Shown here piece by piece: positions 8,571 through 15,420 of a stretch of 20,000 nucleotides of DNA. Origin of the DNA: an uncultured virus (IMG/VR IMGVR_UViG_3300027026_000009) (taxonomy: Duplodnaviria; Heunggongvirae; Uroviricota; Caudoviricetes); the IMG/VR virus record IMGVR_UViG_3300027026_000009. The stretch is one strand, 5' to 3'. Positions within the stretch are counted from its first letter, which is position 1. Each line of letters opens with the position of its first letter. Position numbers and translations under genes: made by a program. The notes below the pieces were generated by a model. That model was not told where the DNA came from, made no database searches, and saw nothing but the letters and a program-made list of their open reading frames with translations.

Positions 8571-8606
8571 TGAGAACTTTTGAGAACTTTTGAGAACTTT
8601 TGAGAA
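8571..8606. repeat. 10-bp tandem repeat (TGAGAACTTT)x3.6
   Basis: Exact copies at 8571, 8581, 8591, partial at 8601; bracketed by inverted AAAAGTGA (8566-8573) / TCACTTTT (8607-8614). Confidence 0.95.
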
Positions 8607-8612
8607 TCACTT

Positions 8613-9119
8613 TTAAAATAGGCTTAATATTGCTACTATAATTGCACCAACGGTAGTTCCTAACAAGAAAGCTGTAAACTTGCCTTTAGCTTTTTCTTTG
8701 TAGTATAGAATTTCGTTTTCGTGAATCAATTTGTTGTTGTCAAATTGTTCATCCTTTATTGCTTTGATTGTTTCAAGTTGCCTTAGTTCGTTTTGAAGTT
8801 TTTCACGCACCACTTCACCAGAAGCAATTTTATTTTCCTTTAAGGTTATTTGCAATTTCAGACTTTCTATTTTGCTTTCAAGGATTTGGAAACGTAAATA
8901 TTTTAAGTTTATGCTGTCCATGTGCGTTTCACTAATGAGTACCGCATTCAAACCGTTTAAATTTGCTTTTATCGGTTTTATAAGATTAAACTTTTCGGTC
9001 TTTAAAATAATCGTGCTATCTGTCGTTCGGAATTGTGTGTGAATCGGTGACAAACTTTGTGAATGTAATAAAGTTTGGAACAAAATCACCAGAAGTATAG
9101 TCCTTAAAAGCGTCCTCAT
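8613..9119 (-). CDS. Signal peptide + coiled coil + C-terminal TM protein; spanin-like partner
   Basis: N-terminal MRTLLRTILLVILFQTLLHS-Q, heptad region, C-terminal FTAFLLGTTVGAIIVAILSLF; overlaps the upstream gene by 104 bp; no Cys. Confidence 0.65.
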   Translation of the reverse strand: MRTLLRTILLVILFQTLLHSQSLSPIHTQFRTTDSTIILKTEKFNLIKPIKANLNGLNAVLISETHMDSINLKYLRFQILESKIESLKLQITLKENKIASGEVVREKLQNELRQLETIKAIKDEQFDNNKLIHENEILYYKEKAKGKFTAFLLGTTVGAIIVAILSLF

Positions 9120-9402
9120 ATAATCTCAATTTATAATTGGCATAATCGACACGCTTTTGTATTCGGTTCTTTTCGGCTTCCAAATTTTCCAAGACTTCAG
9201 AATAAAAAATACTGTCTTTTTTCCTTTGGCGGTTTATGCTGTCCACTTTTTTTTGAAGCATTTCGTTCTTCAATCTTAGGTCACTATTAAACTTATTCAA
9301 CAATTTTTTACCGATATTCGGTTGGAAAATATTGAGGGTAATAATAACGATAAGTAAGACGGCTAAAAAGGTTGCCAACTTATTATTTTTTATCCATTCC
9401 AT
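9016..9402 (-). CDS. N-anchored coiled-coil membrane protein; i-spanin (Rz)-like
   Basis: TM LATFLAVLLIVIITLNIF followed by a charged coiled coil; Rz/Rz1-style overlap. Confidence 0.65.
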   Translation of the reverse strand: MEWIKNNKLATFLAVLLIVIITLNIFQPNIGKKLLNKFNSDLRLKNEMLQKKVDSINRQRKKDSIFYSEVLENLEAEKNRIQKRVDYANYKLRLYEDAFKDYTSGDFVPNFITFTKFVTDSHTIPNDR

Positions 9403-10201
9403 CAGTTGCGTGAATCATGTCAATTGTTACGGTTTCAACAAATTTACTGAAATCTTTTTTGGTCTTGAAATTGTTAAGAAAGGTTATTACGATGTACTGT
9501 TTCTGTAATTGAATAACTTTTTCATTAGCCTTCTGGCGTTTCTCTATGTGTTCTTTTCGGATAACAGCACCGTAATTTTTTTCCTTTACGGATTGCAAAT
9601 AAATCTTTCGTGCGTACTCGGTAGCACTTTGGATCATTTCTTTTGTAGGTGTCAGTAATTTGTTTGCTTTTATAAAATCATAAAGTACATTGCCCAAATC
9701 AACATAGTCGGATTCTTTATTTATGTCCTTTTGATGGTCATAGGCATTTTTCAAAATAGTTTTAAAAGTTTCCAGACGTTCATTTGGTTCTGGCTTAGGC
9801 AGTGGTTTTTCTGCTTCGATTTTTGCCCTTTTCTGTTTTTCCGAAACAATACTTTCACCTCGAAATTTTCGATATTCCGAAAGGATGGTATTTACGTAAA
9901 TGACACTAAAGTTTCCGTGGTATTGCGTTACGAACTTGCCCTCGCTAGATAAATCCCTAGCGGTTTTAATATCTAAAAGATTGTATGTCGGGAACGATTT
10001 TCGCACGGCACTTTCAATAACCTTTAATTCTTGTGCGGTGCATTTATAACCTACAAGTGCTGACCATACACCAAGTTCTGTAATTAAGGCTTGTTGGTCT
10101 TTGGATTTCGGCTCATAATCCCCAAGCTTTTTTTCAATTTGGCTTGCATTGTAAATACTCAATGATAATGGTATCTGTTTTTTAATTGTTGATGGCTTCA
10201 T
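9383..10201 (-). CDS. Hypothetical protein, 272 aa; possible helicase-loader-type partner of the upstream replication protein
   Basis: 20-bp overlap with 10182-10787 (O/P-like gene order); no NTPase motif. Function from position only. Confidence 0.6.
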   Translation of the reverse strand: MKPSTIKKQIPLSLSIYNASQIEKKLGDYEPKSKDQQALITELGVWSALVGYKCTAQELKVIESAVRKSFPTYNLLDIKTARDLSSEGKFVTQYHGNFSVIYVNTILSEYRKFRGESIVSEKQKRAKIEAEKPLPKPEPNERLETFKTILKNAYDHQKDINKESDYVDLGNVLYDFIKANKLLTPTKEMIQSATEYARKIYLQSVKEKNYGAVIRKEHIEKRQKANEKVIQLQKQYIVITFLNNFKTKKDFSKFVETVTIDMIHATDGMDKK

Positions 10202-10787
10202 GTATTGCTCTATTTATAGCGTTCAACTTTGATTCATTTTGGGTCGGGATGTGTTGGTTTAGATAACTGTCCATTTTATTTCCGAACAATGTCTCTGGTC
10301 TTAGGTAAAGATTTTGTGGAGTGTTCAACCATTCCATTGCTTTCAATCTGATGACGTGTTCAAAATCCAATTTATCAAAACCTTCCCTTAACCTTGCCCT
10401 AATATGTTTTCTATGTGACTTGGTTTTCAACCTAAAATTTTTTCCAGTGACTTTGTTTAAAGTCGTCAATATTTCATCTATTGTTTTTTCTTCTGATTCA
10501 GAAAGAAGTGAGGTTTTTGGTACGACTTTTTCAGTTTTCCACCATACCATATCGACCTCAATTTCGATACGAAGAACTGTGTCGTCCGTGATATAAAATA
10601 TGTTATTATGTGTCTTTAGAAAATGAAAGATTTCTTCACGGTCAATATCGAATAGTTTTCTAAAGTTTACTAGACTGTGAACTCGCTTTTTACCTTTGAC
10701 CAAATTGGTAAGGCAATAGTTAAAAAACAATATCTGTTTATGGCTTGCGGATTCATTGATTTTCTTTAATGTCTTAAATAGTCGCAT
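10182..10787 (-). CDS. Phage replication-initiator-like protein with conserved phage C-terminal domain (Phg_2220_C-like)
   Basis: 'EILTTLNKVTGKNFR...HIRARLREGF..DFEHVI...EWLNT...YLRPETLFGNKMDSYLNQ' fits the family pattern. Confidence 0.82.
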   Translation of the reverse strand: MRLFKTLKKINESASHKQILFFNYCLTNLVKGKKRVHSLVNFRKLFDIDREEIFHFLKTHNNIFYITDDTVLRIEIEVDMVWWKTEKVVPKTSLLSESEEKTIDEILTTLNKVTGKNFRLKTKSHRKHIRARLREGFDKLDFEHVIRLKAMEWLNTPQNLYLRPETLFGNKMDSYLNQHIPTQNESKLNAINRAIHEAINN

Positions 10788-10788
10788 A

Positions 10789-10961
10789 GTCGATGTTTAC
10801 TTGATTTGGTCAATATGTATTGATGTCGATTTGATAGGTTTTTTTTAGTTGTTTTTTGTTGTCGATTTAACCTCGGTTTACCACCTCGATATTGAAGTCG
10901 ATTTGTTGCTGTAATTGAGGTTAATTATAGACCTACAAATTTAAGTCGATTTGTCGCTTTG
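10789..10961. repeat. Dispersed GTCGATTT(G) direct repeats in the intergenic region
   Basis: GTCGATTTG at 10825, 10897, 10945; GTCGATTT at 10861; variants GTCGATG at 10789 and GTCGCTTTG at 10953. Confidence 0.8.
10936..10943 (-). promoter_or_regulatory. -7 element for the replication/spanin operon
   Basis: TAAATTTG (consensus TAnnTTTG) on minus, ~150 nt before ATG 10787; no well-spaced -33 seen. Confidence 0.6.
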
Positions 10962-10972
10962 ATTGATGTCAA

Positions 10973-11197
10973 TTAATCGATAATTTGATTCCAGTCCTTT
11001 AATTCTAGTATGTTAAATATTTCCTTTAATGTTTTTAATGTAAAGCTGTCACTTCCTTGCCTTTGCAATCTAGCAAAGTTGTACTTCATACGTCTTTTTT
11101 TGTTAGGGTTGTCTGGGTAATAGTCATCTATTAGTTTATAGACATCAACCAACAATAATCCCCTTCTGTGCATTAATGTTTGGACTTTAAATGGCAT
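10973..11197 (-). CDS. XRE/Cro-like helix-turn-helix protein, 74 aa
   Basis: 'LMHRRGLLLVDVYKLI...NFARLQRQG...FTLKTLKEIFNILE...IID' follows the HTH_3/HTH_26 helix pattern. Confidence 0.65.
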   Translation of the reverse strand: MPFKVQTLMHRRGLLLVDVYKLIDDYYPDNPNKKRRMKYNFARLQRQGSDSFTLKTLKEIFNILELKDWNQIID

Positions 11198-11354
11198 ACC
11201 GTTTTTTTATACTTAGTATAATATATTATATCTTTTATATTAACAAAACTATTAAATATAATTGTTTAATCCAATGATTATTGCACTTATTGTGGCTCAA
11301 AACACTGACATTAATTGATTTAAGCTTTAAATTTATCGAGATAAAATTTACAAT

Positions 11355-12227
11355 ATGCTTAAACTCGGGAGTAAAGGTGAAATGGTCAAGCGGTTGCAAC
11401 GTTTTTTGAACGTAACTGTCGATGGTCATTTCGGTATTGAAACAGAGAATGCTGTGAAAGAATACCAGACGAAAATGAACATTACAGTCGATGGTATTGT
11501 TGGACGGCAAACTTGGGCGGTAATGGAACTGGCAACTACCGATGAAAGTGAAAAGCATTTTGTAACGGAAAACGGTCTTTCAATTATTCCGTTTTATATG
11601 GATCATGGTGAGTACGTAAATGAGATAACCAAAAAGCGTTATCTGTTTCTACATCACACAATGGGTTGGAACAATCCTTACAACCAGATCAAGCAATGGG
11701 AAAATGATGAGCGTGGTGCTATCGGTACTGAATTTGTAATCGGTGGTAAAAGCATTCAAGGTGATTCAAAATATGACGGTCTGGTGCTTCAAGCTTTTCC
11801 AGAAGGATATTATGCTTGGCACTTGGGTAAAATAGGAAATCGTGAAGTGCATACGGATAGTGTCGGCATTGAACTATGTAATTTTGGTCAGCTTGTAAAC
11901 GGTAGAACTTGGGCGGGTCAAAAAGTGCTTCCAGAAGAAATATACCATATTGATTTTCGTGGATATGATATGTACCATAAATACAGTGAAGAACAACTTT
12001 ACAGTCTGCGGAAATTGATTTTGTATATTGCGGATAGGGATAACATCGATGTCTGTTCTGGTCTTATAGATAAGATAAATGAATTTGGTGTCCAAAAAGC
12101 GTTTTCTTGGCAACGTGAAGCTTATTACGGAACGGTAGAAGGAATGTGGACACACGCAAACACACGGACGGATAAACTTGATTGTTTTCCGCAAGATAAT
12201 TTTATAGATATGTTAATGACAATTTAG
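11355..12227 (+). CDS. Endolysin: N-terminal peptidoglycan-binding domain + N-acetylmuramoyl-L-alanine amidase (Amidase_2)
   Basis: LKLGSKGEMVKRLQ..VDGHFG..TENAVKEYQ..VDGIVGRQTW (PG_binding_1); LHHT, AWH, SVGIEL, TH..RTDKLD zinc-amidase motifs. Confidence 0.92.
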   Translation: MLKLGSKGEMVKRLQRFLNVTVDGHFGIETENAVKEYQTKMNITVDGIVGRQTWAVMELATTDESEKHFVTENGLSIIPFYMDHGEYVNEITKKRYLFLHHTMGWNNPYNQIKQWENDERGAIGTEFVIGGKSIQGDSKYDGLVLQAFPEGYYAWHLGKIGNREVHTDSVGIELCNFGQLVNGRTWAGQKVLPEEIYHIDFRGYDMYHKYSEEQLYSLRKLILYIADRDNIDVCSGLIDKINEFGVQKAFSWQREAYYGTVEGMWTHANTRTDKLDCFPQDNFIDMLMTI

Positions 12228-12229
12228 TT

Positions 12230-12571
12230 ATGAGTTTAAAAAGAACCGAAGGAAGATTTGTCCTTCAAGTGGGCGACAGCGAATTAGCTGTCTTTGTGGA
12301 TTTAGCCAGTGGTCGTTTAAAGGTAAAGGACTACGAAGGCAATGAAGCGTTTGCTAGTGAATTTTTACCTAATGCGGGTACAACTAGCACAAAACAAGTT
12401 TTTACATCAACAGCAAGCCAGACAGATTTTACCTTGACTGGTGAGCCTAATAATGTTGATGTTTGGGTAAACGGTGTTTACACCCAAGATTATACTTTGT
12501 CGGCATCGACCGTAACTCTTGGTGAAGCACCCATTACTGGTAGTGAAGTAGTAATTCGTAAATATTTTTAA
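12230..12571 (+). CDS. Small putative virion/fibre-associated protein, 113 aa
   Basis: C-terminal 'FTSTASQTDFTL...VDVWVNGVY..DYT...VTL..A...GSEVVI' beta module like those of phage tail/baseplate proteins; coupled to both neighbours. Confidence 0.65.
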   Translation: MSLKRTEGRFVLQVGDSELAVFVDLASGRLKVKDYEGNEAFASEFLPNAGTTSTKQVFTSTASQTDFTLTGEPNNVDVWVNGVYTQDYTLSASTVTLGEAPITGSEVVIRKYF

Positions 12572-12572
12572 G

Positions 12573-14180
12573 ATGAAAAAATTAATGGCAATTTTAATGT
12601 TTTTGGTAGTATCAACAATTTATGCACAGATACCGCCAGATTTTAAGAACGGTATAATCGTTGGTAACAATTCAAGCGCACCGACTGGTTATAAAATGGG
12701 TCAAATGTACTTTAACAGTGCTGATTCATTAATGTATTTTTATGACGGTAACAGATGGAAGCTTTCTGGTGTCCTTCAAGCTTTGGATGAAGGCAATGGT
12801 CTTGGATATAGATACGCAAATGCAGATTTATCTAAAATGACCGATATAGGTTCAAATGCACTGGATTTAACGACAGTTTTTGGCGGTGACACCGATTATG
12901 GTGTTGGTTCAGATAGCGGATTTTCTTTTGGGTCTGACAATAAGCTTCCAAGAACCGCTTCAAATTTTGGGATGCACCTTACAATGGGTTTTGGTAACAC
13001 CGTTCAAGGCTATTACAATAATATGGCTTTCGGACTAAGCAATACTATTACCAATGGGTACAGTTTTTTTACTGCGGGCTACGAGAATACTGCTAATATG
13101 ACACCTACCGTGGGTCAAGGTGCTTCTTTGGGTAATTTTAACAGTAACACAAATTACTGGAACTTTAATATCGGATCTGGTCTTATCAATAAATGGAAAG
13201 GAAGTGTTGCGGTCGGTATGGGTAATGTCGATAGTGCCGAAGGCGTAACCGCTTCTGACAGACCGATATTTATTGTTGGTAATGGCGACCTTAATTCGAC
13301 TACCGTAAATTATGGTCAAGTGCTGTCAAGAAGTGACGCTTTTAGGGTCTTAGCAAACGGTACGGTGGAAATGGGAAATAACTTTGTGACTGGTATTGGT
13401 AGTGTCATTAACGAAAGGTCACGTGACACGACTAATTCTAATTATCTGCCAGTGGTTTTTCAAAACGACCATGTTGCTACTACAAATAACACAAATTTAA
13501 CTTGGTTTTTAAATAATATAGTTGAATTGGAAGGTGATGCAAATACTGGGAGTACACGTGGTTTTAACAATAGATTAGGTATTGAAGGAAACGGTACTAG
13601 CGATTTTATTATTGGTGTTTATAATGACCTTAATTACAATAATGGTGGTAACAACGACATTACTGCTTTTTATGGTTTGTACAACGATATGAGTGTAGCT
13701 ACCGATAGTACGGCTACGCATGATTTTACAATTGCGGGCGTTTACAATGTTTCACTTACAGCACCTAATGTAACAACAGACAACCTTTACGGTGCTTCAT
13801 ACGATTTAAGCGTTCAGAATGGTACTGTTAATAACATTAATGGTCTTAGGATTGATATTGACCAGAACGGTACAAATTCGGATATTCTCGATGGGGCTTT
13901 TATTTTTGTTGATGGCGGGATTAATATAGCTGAAGCTGAAACAAACGGTATTTTGGTTATTGAATCCGTTGTTGACTTACCAAGCGAACTAGCGGGAACA
14001 TTACAAGCTAAGGCACTTATAACAGATACATTTACTTTTGCAACCTTACCCACTGGTGTTGTCGGGATGACGGCAACAATCACTGATGCAAGTTCCGTAA
14101 GTTATAGAGGTGTAGCTTCTGGTGGCGGTTCGGACACGGCATTAGTCTTTTATGACGGTACGCAATGGATTTATCACTAA
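12573..14180 (+). CDS. Fibre/adhesin-like protein with cleavable signal peptide, 535 aa
   Basis: MKKLMAILMFLVVSTIYA-Q; 'GQMYFNS..MYFYDGNRW'; YadA-head-like G..N repeats; 'IFIVGNG...RSDAFRVLANG'; Asn/Gly-rich beta-helix-like region; fibre-type end 'TFATLP..GMTATITDAS..SGGGS...VFYDGTQW'. Confidence 0.78.
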   Translation: MKKLMAILMFLVVSTIYAQIPPDFKNGIIVGNNSSAPTGYKMGQMYFNSADSLMYFYDGNRWKLSGVLQALDEGNGLGYRYANADLSKMTDIGSNALDLTTVFGGDTDYGVGSDSGFSFGSDNKLPRTASNFGMHLTMGFGNTVQGYYNNMAFGLSNTITNGYSFFTAGYENTANMTPTVGQGASLGNFNSNTNYWNFNIGSGLINKWKGSVAVGMGNVDSAEGVTASDRPIFIVGNGDLNSTTVNYGQVLSRSDAFRVLANGTVEMGNNFVTGIGSVINERSRDTTNSNYLPVVFQNDHVATTNNTNLTWFLNNIVELEGDANTGSTRGFNNRLGIEGNGTSDFIIGVYNDLNYNNGGNNDITAFYGLYNDMSVATDSTATHDFTIAGVYNVSLTAPNVTTDNLYGASYDLSVQNGTVNNINGLRIDIDQNGTNSDILDGAFIFVDGGINIAEAETNGILVIESVVDLPSELAGTLQAKALITDTFTFATLPTGVVGMTATITDASSVSYRGVASGGGSDTALVFYDGTQWIYH

Positions 14181-14197
14181 CCTTAAACACTTAACAG

Positions 14198-14225
14198 AAA
14201 AAGCCGTCCAAAGAGACGGCTTTTT
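14198..14225. terminator. Bidirectional intrinsic terminator
   Basis: AAAAAGCCGTC-caaaga-GACGGCTTTTT, perfect 11-bp inverted repeat; ends the fibre gene (+) and sRNA unit C (-). Confidence 0.92.
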
Positions 14226-14283
14226 CATTTCCCAAATCAAGCGTTTGACGCTCATAACTATCTTAACCTAACTTATGATAGTG
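14198..14283 (-). ncRNA. Candidate small RNA, unit C (~85 nt)
   Basis: -7-like TAAATTGC (14288-14295); body includes CAT-AAGTTAGGTTAAGATAGTT and an internal hairpin (14240-14252); ends at terminator 14198-14225. Confidence 0.5.
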
Positions 14284-14296
14284 TGGTGCAATTTAC

Positions 14297-14331
14297 AAAA
14301 AAAAGCTAGATTGTTGTCGCAACCTAGCTTT
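14297..14331 (-). terminator. Intrinsic terminator, minus-oriented
   Basis: Minus RNA GCUAGGUUG-cgacaa-CAAUCUAGC-U8; the G-U pair forms only on minus (A-C mismatch on plus). Confidence 0.85.
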
Positions 14332-14364
14332 AAACAAATACACTGTATGGGAACTTAAAATTCC
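14297..14364 (-). ncRNA. Candidate small RNA, unit B (~68 nt)
   Basis: -7-like TATATTTA (14369-14376); body ...GTTCC-CAT-ACAGTGTATTTGTTT; own terminator. Confidence 0.5.
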
Positions 14365-14378
14365 ATGGTAAATATAAT

Positions 14379-14407
14379 AAAAAAGCCAGTCAATGAAAAC
14401 TGGCTTT
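14379..14407 (-). terminator. Intrinsic terminator, minus-oriented
   Basis: AAAAAAGCCAGT-caatgaaa-ACTGGCTTT; U6 tail on minus. Confidence 0.85.
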
Positions 14408-14451
14408 AATTACACGAAATAAAAATGCAAAACTATGTCAAAGTTTATACC
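14379..14451 (-). ncRNA. Candidate small RNA, unit A (~72 nt)
   Basis: TTG (14484-14486)-N20-TACTTTGC (14456-14463); body GGTATAAACTTTGA-CAT-AGTTTTG-CAT-TTTTATTTCGTGTAATT; own terminator. Confidence 0.55.
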
Positions 14452-14469
14452 TCTTGCAAAGTAACAATT

Positions 14470-15003
14470 CTAAAACTTATTTTCAAGTGCTTTTAAATAA
14501 ATCTGCATATCTTTTTTAAATACCGCACTTAAACGACCTTTAATTCCCATATCAACTTCACCTCTTGTCTTTTTTGAAACGTTCATCTTTTTAAGGTCTG
14601 CTATATTAAAGTAATATCCATAAGTCGCTAAAAACGGCTGTAATTGATTTATTGCGATAACGTGTTGGCAACCTTCAGTCCAATATTCCAATGTTCTAAA
14701 AGGTTTAAAGCTTAATAGTTCTTCATTTGTAAGGTTCAATATTATTTCATTTAAGCTTACGTTGTTGTAGTGCGCATAATGCAACCTTCTCGGGAAATCA
14801 GCCCTTGGCTGTAATTCTTGAAGGCGGTAATTTAAAAGGCTAATAAAGCGATCAACTGGATGTCTTACGATTGTAAAATATGTTTTATTCTGGTCTTTTG
14901 GTCTTATATGACCATTGAGTTCGATTCCCATGTTATTCAATAAATGGTTTACCGAGATTCCACCGCATTTAGGAGTATGTACAAAGCATAAAGGTTTTTC
15001 CAT
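14470..15003 (-). CDS. Sulfotransferase family 2 protein, 177 aa
   Basis: 5'-PSB-like FVHTPKCGGIS, 3'-PB FTIVRHPVDRFIS, C-terminal 'N.S...FKKDMQIY'. Confidence 0.85.
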   Translation of the reverse strand: MEKPLCFVHTPKCGGISVNHLLNNMGIELNGHIRPKDQNKTYFTIVRHPVDRFISLLNYRLQELQPRADFPRRLHYAHYNNVSLNEIILNLTNEELLSFKPFRTLEYWTEGCQHVIAINQLQPFLATYGYYFNIADLKKMNVSKKTRGEVDMGIKGRLSAVFKKDMQIYLKALENKF

Positions 15004-15020
15004 GGCTCACTTTTAGGTAT

Positions 15021-15051
15021 AAAAAAACCGTTTCGACAAAAACGGTTTTTT
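15021..15051. terminator. Bidirectional intrinsic terminator / possible attenuator
   Basis: AAAAAACCGTTT-cgacaa-AAACGGTTTTTT, 12-bp inverted repeat. Confidence 0.85.
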
Positions 15052-15080
15052 CTACTAATTAAAAACAATCGTATAAATAT
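15021..15080 (-). ncRNA. Candidate small RNA or attenuated leader, unit D (~60 nt)
   Basis: Consensus TACATTTG (15084-15091), then (C)ATATTTATACGATTGTTTTTAATTAGTAG, then the terminator. Confidence 0.4.
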
Positions 15081-15104
15081 GAACAAATGTACGAAAGCAT
15101 AAAG

Positions 15105-15356
15105 CTACAATAAATTTTGTAAGAATCCTAACAGCCATATAAGGACAATAGGTGCTGTGTAGCTTATTGTCGCTTTTAGGTCAATTGGTTCTTTTTTGAA
15201 AAACATAGGTACTAGAATGTTCCATACACCAGATAACATAAGACCCATTAAGAATCCATTGAATCCAAAAAATAAAATAAGGATCCATCCAATGAAGAAA
15301 CCGTAGTAAAATTGTCTAAGGTTTTTTTCCGTAGGTTTTAAAAAATATTCAAACAT
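15105..15356 (-). CDS. Small multi-pass membrane protein, 83 aa
   Basis: Two to three hydrophobic segments; own -7-like TATCTTAG just upstream. Confidence 0.8.
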   Translation of the reverse strand: MFEYFLKPTEKNLRQFYYGFFIGWILILFFGFNGFLMGLMLSGVWNILVPMFFKKEPIDLKATISYTAPIVLIWLLGFLQNLL

Positions 15357-15387
15357 AATAATAATAGATTTAGACAGCTAAGATAAT

Positions 15388-15410
15388 AAAAAACCACTCA
15401 TTGAGTGGTC
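15388..15410 (-). terminator. Intrinsic terminator after 15421-15714
   Basis: Minus ACCACTC-aat-GAGTGGT followed by a T-run. Confidence 0.75.
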
Positions 15411-15420
15411 TTTATTTTTT

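Noticed and set aside
8571..8606. CRISPR or mini-CRISPR interpretation of the tandem repeat
   Set aside because: 10-bp units with no spacers; no cas genes in the window.
11217..11230. Perfect palindrome TATAATATATTATA upstream of the HTH gene
   Set aside because: A/T-only and single copy in very AT-rich DNA; could be chance, so not called an operator.
11235..14083. Minus ORFs 11235-11558, 11874-12194, 13035-13319, 13814-14083
   Set aside because: Antisense shadows of the endolysin and fibre genes.
14198..14486. CRISPR array, tRNA cluster or attC cassette interpretation of the hairpin series
   Set aside because: Hairpins differ in sequence, carry U-tails like terminators, and show no cloverleaf or repeat-spacer identity.
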